DNA of 37,365 bases from an uncultured Candidatus Saccharibacteria bacterium (GCA_964487525.1 CAZAQC010000004.1:1-37365); one strand, 5' to 3'. Positions 1-9,244 are shown, numbered from the stretch's first letter. Made by a program: numbers and translations. The notes: generated by a model from the letters alone, not told the origin.

Positions 1-656
1 GGTTTAGTAAAAACCATAAAAGCACCAAAAAGAACAAGTACCAAACCCGTCACTAATATATACTTGTCTATTGGTATTGCAGTATTAACAGTTGATGGGT
101 CAAGTATTGCCTTACCAATTTGAAAGGTCGCTGATTCTGGTCTTGTATTTAAAACATTTTGTGGAGGACTTCCATCCTTGTACATCAATGTATCAAAAAC
201 TGTATCACCTTCACCATATTTCCAATCAAGGACAGTTTCTCCTTCTTTTAATACATCAAATGTTAATCTAGCAAAAACATCTGGCTTCTCTCCAGTTTTA
301 TACAGTGTACTGGCTCCTGATTGTGTAAAACCAGTAAGTAATACAACCCCATTTTCATTATCTAATGAGGACTCATCTTCAGGATACTGTGAAAACAAAC
401 TATTATTTCTTTCAGCTCTCTTAAGTTGCAAAACTCTTGGATCAAAAAGAACTACAAATTTTGCTGATGTTAATTTTTCTCCTCCAGAATCTAATAGTAT
501 ATCAACTACAAATCCTTGATTTTTGTTTAAAACAGTTCCTCCCTTAGGAAAGAATGAAAAACTAGGCTCAGAAGCATTTACTATGGTCCTACCAAAAAAG
601 AGAGTAAAAAATAGTACAATGAATAATGTTTTAAGTATTTTTTTTGTATTTATCAC
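1..656 (-). CDS. Partial secreted/membrane-anchored protein with a cohesin-like signature (C-terminus runs off the left edge)
   Basis: Open minus-strand frame absent from the ORF track because it has no stop inside the window. Hand translation from GTG at 656..654 gives VINTKKILKTLFIVLFFTLFLVGPIVNASEPSFSFFPKGG...KFVVLFDPRVLQLKRAE...FARLTFDVLKEGETVLDW...LVTGLVLVLFGAFMVFTK. It has an N-terminal signal/anchor and a second hydrophobic helix at the window edge. The listed + ORF 178..519 is low-complexity antisense to it. Confidence 0.55.
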   Translation of the reverse strand, partial: MINTKKILKTLFIVLFFTLFFGRTIVNASEPSFSFFPKGGTVLNKNQGFVVDILLDSGGEKLTSAKFVVLFDPRVLQLKRAERNNSLFSQYPEDESSLDNENGVVLLTGFTQSGASTLYKTGEKPDVFARLTFDVLKEGETVLDWKYGEGDTVFDTLMYKDGSPPQNVLNTRPESATFQIGKAILDPSTVNTAIPIDKYILVTGLVLVLFGAFMVFTK

Positions 657-704
657 TCTAAATATATTATCATAAAAGTATCTTAATTCAGAATAACAAA
701 TTAT

Positions 705-1499
705 ATGGACAGTTTAAAGCTACTATTCCTAACTGTTACACAAGGTATTACAGAACTTCTTCCTATATCTAGCTCTGGGCATATTCTTCTTTTTGGAAGT
801 GTAATGAATATATCAGTAACTACGGTCTTTTTAACAACCCTACACATAGGGACAACATTAGCCCTTATTTTGTTTTTTAGAAAAACTCTTTTTAAAAATT
901 TTCTATCCAAGAATAATAGAATATTTTTACTTAAAATACTGGTTGGTAGTATTCCGGCAGTAATCGTTGGAATTTTTTTTGAAGATTACATCAGTAATAA
1001 ATTAAGAGCCCCTTTCATAACTGCTCTTTCCTTGATTGTATGGGGAATTGTCATGATAGTAATAGATAGGTCAAAGAAGAATAAAGGTATAGATATGGAG
1101 AGTATTACATTTAAGAAATCTCTTGGTATAGGAATGGCCCAAGCAGTGGCTTTAATACCTGGAACTTCACGATCAGGAATCACATCTATAGCGGGAATAC
1201 TTTTTGGATTAGACAAATACTCTGCATTACAATTTAGTTTTCTACTTGGAATCCCTATTCTTCTTGGTAGTTCTGTTTGGAGTCTAGGAAAAGAATTAGT
1301 AAAGAATAATGATGTCTTAGCAGTAATTGGAGTTAATGATGTATGGAGTATATTAATAATTATCTTGGTACCATTAATTGTTGGTTACCTTACTTTAATG
1401 ATTATAGAGAAATTTAAGAAAAAGAACTGGCTAACAGTATTTGGTATATACAGAATAGTAATTGGATTGGCTATTCTTTTGTTACAGTATTGGTCTTAA
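705..1499 (+). CDS. uppP: Undecaprenyl-diphosphate phosphatase (BacA/UppP)
   Basis: The N-terminal motif QGITELLPISSSGHILL and the later PGTSRSGITS motif are the two UppP signatures. Polytopic membrane protein of 264 aa. Confidence 0.93.
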   Translation: MDSLKLLFLTVTQGITELLPISSSGHILLFGSVMNISVTTVFLTTLHIGTTLALILFFRKTLFKNFLSKNNRIFLLKILVGSIPAVIVGIFFEDYISNKLRAPFITALSLIVWGIVMIVIDRSKKNKGIDMESITFKKSLGIGMAQAVALIPGTSRSGITSIAGILFGLDKYSALQFSFLLGIPILLGSSVWSLGKELVKNNDVLAVIGVNDVWSILIIILVPLIVGYLTLMIIEKFKKKNWLTVFGIYRIVIGLAILLLQYWS

Positions 1500-3134
1500 A
1501 TCTACTCCAGTCATATTCGCAGGAATTTCCATCCCTATCAATCCTAATGCTGTTGGAGCTACGTCCGCTAATAACCCTGTTGGCCTAGCTTTAGATCCTG
1601 TACCTATCTCCATTGTTGGAACTCCAGACTTAGACTCTATTTCATTCATATTTGTTAATATGGTTAGAGGAACTGGATTATTCGTATGAGCAATATCTAC
1701 CTGCTTAGTTTCTCTATTTATCATAGTCTCACAATTTCCATGATCTGCAGTTATGATTACAGCACCACCTGCTGCCAAACTTTCTTTAGTTATTTCTGCA
1801 ACACATGAATCTACTATTTCGTTTGCTCTTACAGTAGCTTTAAAATCTCCTGTATGACCTAGCATATCAGGATTAGCAAAGTTAAGAAGAATAAAATCAT
1901 ATGGTGTTTTAGACATATCTTTAATTCTATGTACAACTTCATCGGTAATAGTATTTGCACTCATTTCTGGCACAGTAACGTAATCTTCAACTCTGGGAGA
2001 TGGAATATTGAAAAAGACCTCTCCTGGATGGGGTTGTTCAGTACCTCCATTAAAAAAGTACGTTACATGCATAAATTTCTCTGTCTCAGAAACATGTAAT
2101 TGTGTCTTTCCATTATCTGCAAGACACTCTGAAAGTGACTTCTTAATGGGAAGTGGTGGGAATATTACATTTGCAGGTAAGTTCTCCTCATATCCTGTCA
2201 TAGTTGCAAAATATACATTCTGAGGATAATTTCTTCTACTAAAGTGAGTAAAATCTTTCACTACAAAAGCTTTTGTTAATTGCCTAGCCCTGTCTTCTCT
2301 GAAATTCCAAAAAAGAATTGCATCACCCGTTTTTACGGGACCTACAGGCAGTCCCTGTTCATCAACACAAACTCTTGGTTTGAAGTATTGGTCATCTTCT
2401 CCATTTTGATATGCTTTTTGTACTGCATCAACAGGGTCAACAAACGATTCTTCAGAAAGACCCACCATTACATCGTATGCTAATTTTGTTCTTTCCCATC
2501 TACTATCCCTATCCATACCATAGAATCTACCTTGCATAGAAGCTATTTTTCCAATTCCCAATTCTTTCAACTTCATCTTTAATTTACTTACATACAAATA
2601 TCCTTCTTTAGGTGTTGTATCTCTCCCATCTAAAATAATATGAACATATGGATCTATACCACTTACTTTGCAAAGATCTAAGAGAGAGAAAAGATGTTTG
2701 ATATGTCCATGCACACCTGCAGGACTTAGTACTCCAACTAAATGTAATTTTGTTCTTCTCTTTCTTAAAACAGCAATCATTTCCTTTATGACAGCATTAG
2801 AAGACAACTCATCTGCTCCAATTGCATCATTTATTCTTGGTAACGTTTGATATACCACCTGGCCAGCTCCCAAATTAAGATGTCCTACCTCTGAATTTCC
2901 TGATTCTTCATCTGGAAGACCTACATGTGTTCCTGAAGCATGTACAAGCGTTGATCTACCATATGTCCATGCAGTATCTAAAAATGGCGTATTTGCAGCT
3001 AATACAGCATTCCCTTCTTTGTCTGGATATACTCCAAATCCATCGAGAATTATTAATGTGACAAATTTCCTCACATCTAATAGATTTTCAAAGGTTCTTT
3101 CTTTCTCTGGTTCCTGTTTTTTGAAAAAGTCCAT
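1482..3134 (-). CDS. gpmI: 2,3-bisphosphoglycerate-independent phosphoglycerate mutase
   Basis: 550 aa. Contains LIILDGFG, HLVGVLSPAGVHGH, ILDGRDT and ITADHGNCE, the iPGM metal- and phospho-Ser-site motifs. ATG at 3134..3132. The 3' end overlaps uppP by 18 nt (convergent). Confidence 0.93.
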   Translation of the reverse strand: MDFFKKQEPEKERTFENLLDVRKFVTLIILDGFGVYPDKEGNAVLAANTPFLDTAWTYGRSTLVHASGTHVGLPDEESGNSEVGHLNLGAGQVVYQTLPRINDAIGADELSSNAVIKEMIAVLRKRRTKLHLVGVLSPAGVHGHIKHLFSLLDLCKVSGIDPYVHIILDGRDTTPKEGYLYVSKLKMKLKELGIGKIASMQGRFYGMDRDSRWERTKLAYDVMVGLSEESFVDPVDAVQKAYQNGEDDQYFKPRVCVDEQGLPVGPVKTGDAILFWNFREDRARQLTKAFVVKDFTHFSRRNYPQNVYFATMTGYEENLPANVIFPPLPIKKSLSECLADNGKTQLHVSETEKFMHVTYFFNGGTEQPHPGEVFFNIPSPRVEDYVTVPEMSANTITDEVVHRIKDMSKTPYDFILLNFANPDMLGHTGDFKATVRANEIVDSCVAEITKESLAAGGAVIITADHGNCETMINRETKQVDIAHTNNPVPLTILTNMNEIESKSGVPTMEIGTGSKARPTGLLADVAPTALGLIGMEIPANMTGVDLRPIL

Positions 3135-3180
3135 ACTCTTGGGTAGTAATTATCTTACAATATACACTATAATATACTGT

Positions 3181-4266
3181 ATGAATGATTTACGCAAAAA
3201 AGATATATTAGATCTACAGAAAGATATTATAGATACAATAGAAAGTCTGGATATTGAAAAGAAAAAGGATGATTTAATACTTCTAGAGAATGAAAGTCTA
3301 CAAGATGATTTCTGGAAGAACACACAGAAGGCACAAGAGACCATGTCAAAGATTTCATACATTAGAGATGAAATAGTTACTTCTGAGAATCTGAAAAAAG
3401 ATATAGACTCATTGATTGAGCTTTTTAATTCAATCAAGAATGAAACAGAACAGAATGAATTAATTGGAGAATATACCTCTTTGAGGGAGAAGTTAGACAA
3501 ATTTTCTCTAAGAAAATTCCTTTCTGGTAAATATGATTCTCTAAAAGCGGTTCTAACCATTAATGCTGGACAGGGTGGGACAGAATCAAATGACTGGGTA
3601 GAGATGCTCTACAGAATGTATACTATGTATTTTGACAAACAGGGATGGAAATACAACACTACACATATGATTAAGGGTGGAGAAGCAGGTATATCAACAG
3701 TAACTATACAGATTGATCAACCTCTTTCTTTTGGGATATTGAAAAAGGAACATGGAGCGCACAGATTAGTTAGGATATCACCTTTCAATGCACAAGGTCT
3801 TAGACAAACTACATTTGCAGGAGTTGAAGTTCTTCCAATATTTGAACATATTGATACAAGCCTCGATATTCCCGCAAAAGACATTTCCTTTAAGGCTGTT
3901 AGATCTAGTGGACCTGGAGGACAGAGTGTAAACAAGACTTCATCCGCTGTTCAAATACTACATATACCAACAGGATTAGCTGTTCATTCTTCAGACCAAA
4001 GGAGTCAAGCTCAAAACAAAGAAAATGCTATGCAAATTTTAAGGGCTAAACTCTGGAGAATTACAGAAGAAAAAAAATTAAAACAGATATCTGAAATTAA
4101 AGGAGATTACAAAGTAGCAGGATGGGGAAATCAAATTAGGAACTACATTCTTCATCCGTACAAATTAGTTAAAGATTTAAGAACAAATATTGAATCTAGT
4201 GATCCTGAGAGTGTGTTAAATGGAAACATAGATGAGTTCCTTGAAGCTCAGATAAGATTGCAGTAA
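3181..4266 (+). CDS. prfB: Peptide chain release factor 2, encoded in a single frame
   Basis: SPF tripeptide (RISPFNAQGLRQTTFAGV) and GGQ (SGPGGQSVNKTSSAV). The track ORF starts at TTG 3019 inside gpmI. The ATG at 3181 (MNDLRKKDILDL...) gives a normal 361-aa RF2. Confidence 0.9.
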   Translation: MNDLRKKDILDLQKDIIDTIESLDIEKKKDDLILLENESLQDDFWKNTQKAQETMSKISYIRDEIVTSENLKKDIDSLIELFNSIKNETEQNELIGEYTSLREKLDKFSLRKFLSGKYDSLKAVLTINAGQGGTESNDWVEMLYRMYTMYFDKQGWKYNTTHMIKGGEAGISTVTIQIDQPLSFGILKKEHGAHRLVRISPFNAQGLRQTTFAGVEVLPIFEHIDTSLDIPAKDISFKAVRSSGPGGQSVNKTSSAVQILHIPTGLAVHSSDQRSQAQNKENAMQILRAKLWRITEEKKLKQISEIKGDYKVAGWGNQIRNYILHPYKLVKDLRTNIESSDPESVLNGNIDEFLEAQIRLQ

Positions 4267-4300
4267 GATATATGGGTACATAAAATATTTAAAACTGCCA

Positions 4301-5269
4301 ATGCTATTCTTCGACAAAGTAAGTAAAAAATATTGTAACGATATAACAGCATTAGATGATGTAAATTTCAATATAGAGAAAGGTGAATTTTCATTCCTAG
4401 TAGGACCTTCTGGAGCTGGTAAGACTACCCTACTTAAGCTTTTGATTAGAGAAGAGTTACCAACATCAGGTAGTATTTTCTTTGAAGATATTGAAGTTCA
4501 GAAACTTCCAAGAAAACTTCTTCCAACATATAGACAACGATTAGGAATAGTATTCCAAGATATTAAGCTTCTACCAAGTAAGACATTAGAAGAGAACATT
4601 GCTTTTGCATTAGAGATCCTTGGTAAAGAAGACAAAGAAATTAAAGATACATCTGAATATCTTTTAGAACTAGTTAAGCTTCAAGACAGAAGACAGCTAT
4701 TTCCACAACAGCTATCAGGAGGAGAACAACAAAGAGGAGCCATTGCAAGAGCTCTAGCTAACAATCCAGATCTTCTTGTAGCAGATGAGCCTACAGGCAA
4801 TCTAGATCCAGATAATGCTATGCAAATTTTGGATATACTAAAAAATATAAATAAAACAGGAACCACAGTTATGGTCATAAGCCATGATAGAGATATTGTT
4901 AACCATATGAAAACTCGTGTAATTAGAATGGTAAATGGAAAGATAGTTTCTGATACAAAAGGAGATTATGATTCTGTAGGTAAACCAAAAGAATCAATAA
5001 TTAGAACAAAGGAAAAAACAGAGGTAAGGAAAGAAGAAAAGAAGGAAGAAAAAAAAGAAGAGAAGAAAAAAGAAAAAAAGAAAGTACATGAGTCTTTGAA
5101 AGATTTAAACAAAGAAATAGTCGAAAAGCTTTTAACAGCAAATATTGATAATATTGATTTGGTTTTAAACCTAACAGAAAGAGATTTAGAAAATCTGAAA
5201 TTAAGTAAAAAAGAGAAAGATACTCTTGAAAAATTTGTTCGTGAATATTTAAATAAATCTAATAAATAA
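4301..5269 (+). CDS. ftsE: Cell-division ABC ATPase FtsE with a C-terminal extension of about 100 aa
   Basis: Walker A GPSGAGKTT, signature LSGGEQQR, Walker B LLVADEPT and an H-loop (ISHD). Residues from about 222 onward are extra: a K/E-rich tract followed by an alpha-helical tail. Confidence 0.9.
   Translation: MLFFDKVSKKYCNDITALDDVNFNIEKGEFSFLVGPSGAGKTTLLKLLIREELPTSGSIFFEDIEVQKLPRKLLPTYRQRLGIVFQDIKLLPSKTLEENIAFALEILGKEDKEIKDTSEYLLELVKLQDRRQLFPQQLSGGEQQRGAIARALANNPDLLVADEPTGNLDPDNAMQILDILKNINKTGTTVMVISHDRDIVNHMKTRVIRMVNGKIVSDTKGDYDSVGKPKESIIRTKEKTEVRKEEKKEEKKEEKKKEKKKVHESLKDLNKEIVEKLLTANIDNIDLVLNLTERDLENLKLSKKEKDTLEKFVREYLNKSNK
5026..5084 (+). repeat. 59-nt uninterrupted homopurine (A/G) tract inside ftsE, encoding the KEEKKEEKKEEKKKEKKK linker
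   Basis: Read directly: aaggaaagaagaaaagaaggaagaaaaaaaagaagagaagaaaaaagaaaaaaagaaag, including A8 and A7 runs. Confidence 0.9.
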
Positions 5270-5270
5270 A

Positions 5271-6197
5271 ATGACCAAATCAGATAAGATATTTTCTACA
5301 GCTAAAAAGAATATTAAAAGAAACAAATGGTTATCTCTTTCTACTATATTTGTTTCTACAATAGTATTAACAATATCTTCTTTCTTCATAAGTACAGCGA
5401 TATTTGGACAGAAGGCTGTAGACTATTATGAAAAGAAAGCTCAAGTAATTATCTTCTTTAAAAAGGATACAGAAGAATCAGTAATATTGACTCTTAGAGA
5501 CAAATTATTTGATCCTGAATTAGTAGAGGGTATTGATTATGTTTCTCAGGAGGATGCACTATTAATATACAAAGATGATTTTGCAGATAGTCCTGATTTA
5601 ATATCTACAGTTACAGCAGATTCGTTACCACCAAGTTTAGAGATTAGAGCTAAGTCCATAGATTCCCTAATACAACTAATTGAAGATATAAATACAGAGA
5701 AAGAGACAAATGCTTACATAGATGAGGTCATGTATTTTAAAGATGTTGTAGATAATCTTAAGACTCTTTCAAGAATTATTGGTATAGGTTCGCTATTAAT
5801 AATCTCTTCATTACTAATCATCACGTTCTCTCTCATTAGAATAACCATAGGTTTTAATATAAATGCACATAAGGATGAGATACAGATAATGCATCTTGTA
5901 GGTAGTACTGATAAGTTCATAAAGCTTCCTTTCATCATAGAAGGTTGTTTCTATGGTCTTGCTGGCGGTTTCTTAGCAGCATCCTTAATAATAATACCTT
6001 GGTATATTGTAATCTACTATTCTCAGAATACAGACTTTGCATTTTGGATTAATCAATTGCTTTCTGATTTTGATTTGGGATATTTAAGATATGTAAATAT
6101 CATTTTTGTACTAGCCTATTACTTCTTACATATGATTGCAGGTGGATTACTTGGTGTAGTAAGTAGTTTTAGTGCTGTAAGAAAGTACTTAGAATAG
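5271..6197 (+). CDS. ftsX: Cell-division permease FtsX
   Basis: 308 aa. Topology is N-terminal TM, large extracytoplasmic loop, then three C-terminal TMs. It starts 1 nt after the ftsE stop. Confidence 0.85.
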   Translation: MTKSDKIFSTAKKNIKRNKWLSLSTIFVSTIVLTISSFFISTAIFGQKAVDYYEKKAQVIIFFKKDTEESVILTLRDKLFDPELVEGIDYVSQEDALLIYKDDFADSPDLISTVTADSLPPSLEIRAKSIDSLIQLIEDINTEKETNAYIDEVMYFKDVVDNLKTLSRIIGIGSLLIISSLLIITFSLIRITIGFNINAHKDEIQIMHLVGSTDKFIKLPFIIEGCFYGLAGGFLAASLIIIPWYIVIYYSQNTDFAFWINQLLSDFDLGYLRYVNIIFVLAYYFLHMIAGGLLGVVSSFSAVRKYLE

Positions 6198-6198
6198 A

Positions 6199-7509
6199 AT
6201 GAATAAAACAAAGATTTTGTTAACAATTTTCATATTTCTTCTATCATCTTTTTCTTTTTTGTATATGGTGGCATATAAGGAGGAGGGAATATATGCACAG
6301 GTAACATGTCCGGGAATGGATCAAAATTCTGTTGAATGTAGAGACTACCTACTAAATCAACTTGATATTCTTGAAAAACAAAAAGGAACTATACAAAAGC
6401 AATTAAAAGATGAGGAATATCAGCAATTGTCTCTTCAAGAGAAAATTACATATATAAATAACCAGATTTATCAAACAGAAAGGGTTATTAAATCTCTTGA
6501 AGTAGAAATAGCAGCAAATGATGTTGAAATTAAATTGCTTGAAAAAGGTATACAAGAGAAAGAAGATAATATCTCCTTGTTAAAACAAGAAATTAGCATA
6601 TTAGAAAAATCTGTAACAAAAAGAGTTACAGAATCATATAAATATTCATTTGTAGGCCCTCTAGAGCTATTTTTGGATATGCAAAATCTATCTAATATTC
6701 TAAGAAAAACTAAGTATCTTGCAATAACTAGATCACAGGATAAAAAATACCTTGAAGAATATGGAGAGAAGGTGAAAGAAATAAAAGAAGAAGGATTAAT
6801 TTTGTCTGAGAATAAAGCCCAACTACAAATAACCAGAAATTCCATTGAGGAAGAGAAAATAGTATTAGCAGAGAATAGAAAAACTTTGAATATCCAAAAA
6901 GTAGAAAGAGAAAACTTGTTAGCCGAATCTAAAATAAAAGAAGCCTCTTTAATTGCTGCATATCAAAAGAATTTACATCAAGCTTCAGAATTGGATAAAG
7001 CTATTATTACTTGGATCAATAACAATCCTGGTAATATACAAGACCGAGGACCTGTTACAACTGCAAGTATCATAGGACAGATGGGTAATACCGGATGTTC
7101 AAATGGATCACACCTTCATTTTGGATTAAATAGTGGAACATCGTATCCAGATTGGGGTTATTTTTATAGTGATATTAATCCATTTAGTAACGGATACCTT
7201 CGACAAGGAGAAAATTCCTTCCTATACTGGGAGTCCGATAATTGGTATTCACCTTTTCTACATGCAGGTTCAGGTGTATTACCTTTGGAAGGAAACTATA
7301 TTCTCATGACACAAACAGAGCATCAAGGGAACGCTATCGATATGGTTTCATACAGTAGAAATGCCTGGGGCTACAAAAATGAAGGAGCAGCCGTACATCC
7401 AATTATGTCTGGGAACTTGAAATCCGGTACAGAAGGAGTCTGTGGTGGTAAATACGCACAAGTAACTCATACAAACGGAATGGTATCTATATATCTCCAT
7501 TTAAAATAA
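6199..7509 (+). CDS. Membrane-anchored coiled-coil M23 (LytM-type) peptidase, EnvC/PcsB-like FtsEX partner; M23 motifs in permuted order
   Basis: 436 aa: N-terminal TM, then about 230 aa of heptad-rich coiled coil. Next comes IIGQMGNTGCSNGSHLHFGLN (the HxH half of M23), followed downstream by HQGNAIDM...GAAVHPIMSGNL...GKYAQVTHTNGMVSIYLHLK-stop (the N-terminal half of M23). It starts 1 nt after ftsX. Confidence 0.75.
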   Translation: MNKTKILLTIFIFLLSSFSFLYMVAYKEEGIYAQVTCPGMDQNSVECRDYLLNQLDILEKQKGTIQKQLKDEEYQQLSLQEKITYINNQIYQTERVIKSLEVEIAANDVEIKLLEKGIQEKEDNISLLKQEISILEKSVTKRVTESYKYSFVGPLELFLDMQNLSNILRKTKYLAITRSQDKKYLEEYGEKVKEIKEEGLILSENKAQLQITRNSIEEEKIVLAENRKTLNIQKVERENLLAESKIKEASLIAAYQKNLHQASELDKAIITWINNNPGNIQDRGPVTTASIIGQMGNTGCSNGSHLHFGLNSGTSYPDWGYFYSDINPFSNGYLRQGENSFLYWESDNWYSPFLHAGSGVLPLEGNYILMTQTEHQGNAIDMVSYSRNAWGYKNEGAAVHPIMSGNLKSGTEGVCGGKYAQVTHTNGMVSIYLHLK

Positions 7510-7576
7510 TAACCCCTCTTCCTTCTTTAGTAATAATTTGATAGACTAAATCTATTAAATTATATTATATTTCTAA

Positions 7577-8407
7577 ATGCCTAAAACTAAGAAAAGTTCT
7601 ACTAAAAAAACTGCACCAAAGAAAGTAGAGATAAAAGAAATATCTAAGAAATTTTCTTCTACTCTTAAAAAGGTTAAACTCCCTAAATTTAAAAATACAG
7701 AGAGTATGAAACCTGCTTTAAAGATTGTAGGAATGGTTGCTTTGGTAATCGTTTCTTTTTCTTTAATAGATCTAGCTGTACAGTATTTAAATAATGATTA
7801 CAGTGTAGCTGTTGTAAATGGTGTCAGAATATCAAAAGGCATATGGCATGACAGATTGGAGAAAGCATATGGTGGTGCTGTAGCTACTCAATTGATTGAG
7901 GATCAGATAATTGAGTCTGAAGCTAAGAAAGCAGATGTTTCCGTTTCTAAGGAAGAGATAGATGCAGAGATAGATAAAATAATTGAGAGTATAGGAGGAC
8001 AAGAAATGTTTGAGTCTGCATTAGTTGCAAACAATATAACATTGGAAGAATTAAGAGATCAGATAGAGATTGATTTACTTTCTACAAAAATATTAAGTCC
8101 TTCTCTTGAGTATACAGAGGATGATGTTAAAGAGTTTTTCAATCAATATAGTGATGTAATATTTCCTAATGAAACAGCAGCTTTGGAAGAAGGTGCTAAG
8201 TTAGATTTTGAGACATACAAGGATCAGGTAGAGGAAACATATATTCAACAGCAAGTACAAACTAAGAGAACTAGTTGGTTGACAGAGAAGAAAGCAGAGT
8301 ACAAGATTCAAGATAACTCTACTGGTAAACCTAAGTATGGATTCTTAACTATTACTACAAATATTGTTAACAATATTTTGGAAAAAGTAAGTAAGAGTGA
8401 AGAGTAA
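7577..8407 (+). CDS. Membrane-anchored SurA-N/PrsA-like chaperone-domain protein with no obvious PPIase domain
   Basis: 276 aa: Lys-rich N-terminus, one TM, then VAVVNGVRISKGIWHDRLEKAYGG...EEIDAEIDKIIESIGGQEMFESAL...LRDQIEIDLL, which is typical of the SurA N-terminal domain. Confidence 0.55.
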   Translation: MPKTKKSSTKKTAPKKVEIKEISKKFSSTLKKVKLPKFKNTESMKPALKIVGMVALVIVSFSLIDLAVQYLNNDYSVAVVNGVRISKGIWHDRLEKAYGGAVATQLIEDQIIESEAKKADVSVSKEEIDAEIDKIIESIGGQEMFESALVANNITLEELRDQIEIDLLSTKILSPSLEYTEDDVKEFFNQYSDVIFPNETAALEEGAKLDFETYKDQVEETYIQQQVQTKRTSWLTEKKAEYKIQDNSTGKPKYGFLTITTNIVNNILEKVSKSEE

Positions 8408-8428
8408 AGATAATATGTAATAGAAACT

Positions 8429-8456
8429 AAAAGGAGGTCATATGACCTCCTTTTTT
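8429..8456. terminator. Bidirectional intrinsic terminator between convergent genes
   Basis: Perfect palindrome aaaaGGAGGTCAtaTGACCTCCtttt flanked by A-run and T-run. It lies between the CDS ending at 8407 (+) and hpf ending at 8474 (-). Confidence 0.85.
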
Positions 8457-8473
8457 ATTTACCGTACTTTATT

Positions 8474-9064
8474 CTATTCAGGCTCTACCAAACCATATCC
8501 TCCCTGTTTTCTTTTGTAAACCATAGATATGTTATTTGTACCTTTGTTCTTAAAAAGAAATTGGTCATACCCTGATAGCTCCATTCTTTCTATAGCCTCA
8601 GCCTCTTCTAATACCTCTAGGTTATGTATAACCTTCCTTGTTGCTATCTTTGGTACATAATCAGAATAATCATCTAAATCATTCTCTACCTCATTTGTAA
8701 GAGCCTCTAAAGCAGCTTCAGCCTCTAAGATCTTCCATGGTTTCTTTCCCTCCCAATGAGACTTTCTATCACTATACCTATTCAATCTCCTAGTTAATGT
8801 ATCCATAGCTAAATCTACATTAGCATACATATCAGGACCACTCTGCTCTACTCTAACGGGAGAATCTGGTAGTGTAACATTAATATCTACTCTAAAATCT
8901 TCATCTACTCCCCTAGTAAACTTACTTTGCTTAAAGAATACTTCTATAGCTGTAGCATCATTAAGTAATGATTCTTTCTTCATTATTTTTTCTACAACAT
9001 ACTCTTTTAAAGAATCCGTAGGATCCATACCTAAGAACGATATTTGAATATTTTCTTTCGTCAT
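8474..9064 (-). CDS. hpf: Ribosome hibernation promoting factor, long form
   Basis: 196 aa. N-terminal S30AE/RaiA fold (ISFLGMDPTDSLKEYVVEKI) plus a C-terminal dimerisation domain (AEAIERMELSGYDQFLFKNKGTNNISMVYKRKQGGYGLVEP). Confidence 0.88.
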   Translation of the reverse strand: MTKENIQISFLGMDPTDSLKEYVVEKIMKKESLLNDATAIEVFFKQSKFTRGVDEDFRVDINVTLPDSPVRVEQSGPDMYANVDLAMDTLTRRLNRYSDRKSHWEGKKPWKILEAEAALEALTNEVENDLDDYSDYVPKIATRKVIHNLEVLEEAEAIERMELSGYDQFLFKNKGTNNISMVYKRKQGGYGLVEPE

Positions 9065-9198
9065 AATCCTATATATTTAATTTATATATACTTAATGATA
9101 TATTTTTTATGGCATACATATCAAATAATTTTAGGACTATATAATGTAAATGATTCAAAGAGTTAAGATTTAGAGAATTAGATACAAGGATATAGTTA

Positions 9199-9227
9199 TT
9201 GCAGAAATAGGCTTGTGTATATATAAT
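9199..9227 (+). promoter_or_regulatory. Sigma70-like promoter for tRNA-Asn
   Basis: TTGCAG (9199..9204), a 17-nt spacer, then TATAAT (9222..9227), which ends 17 nt upstream of the tRNA 5' end. Confidence 0.5.
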
Positions 9228-9244
9228 AGTTTGTTGTTTAATAA

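Noticed and set aside
3019-3180. Long N-terminal extensions from TTG/GTG starts in the ORF track (3019 prfB, 10751 surface protein, 16898 FkbM, 16204 CapA-like, 22102 ileS).
   Set aside because: The extensions overlap neighbouring genes or terminators and encode low-complexity or hydrophobic junk. Internal ATGs give normal N-termini.
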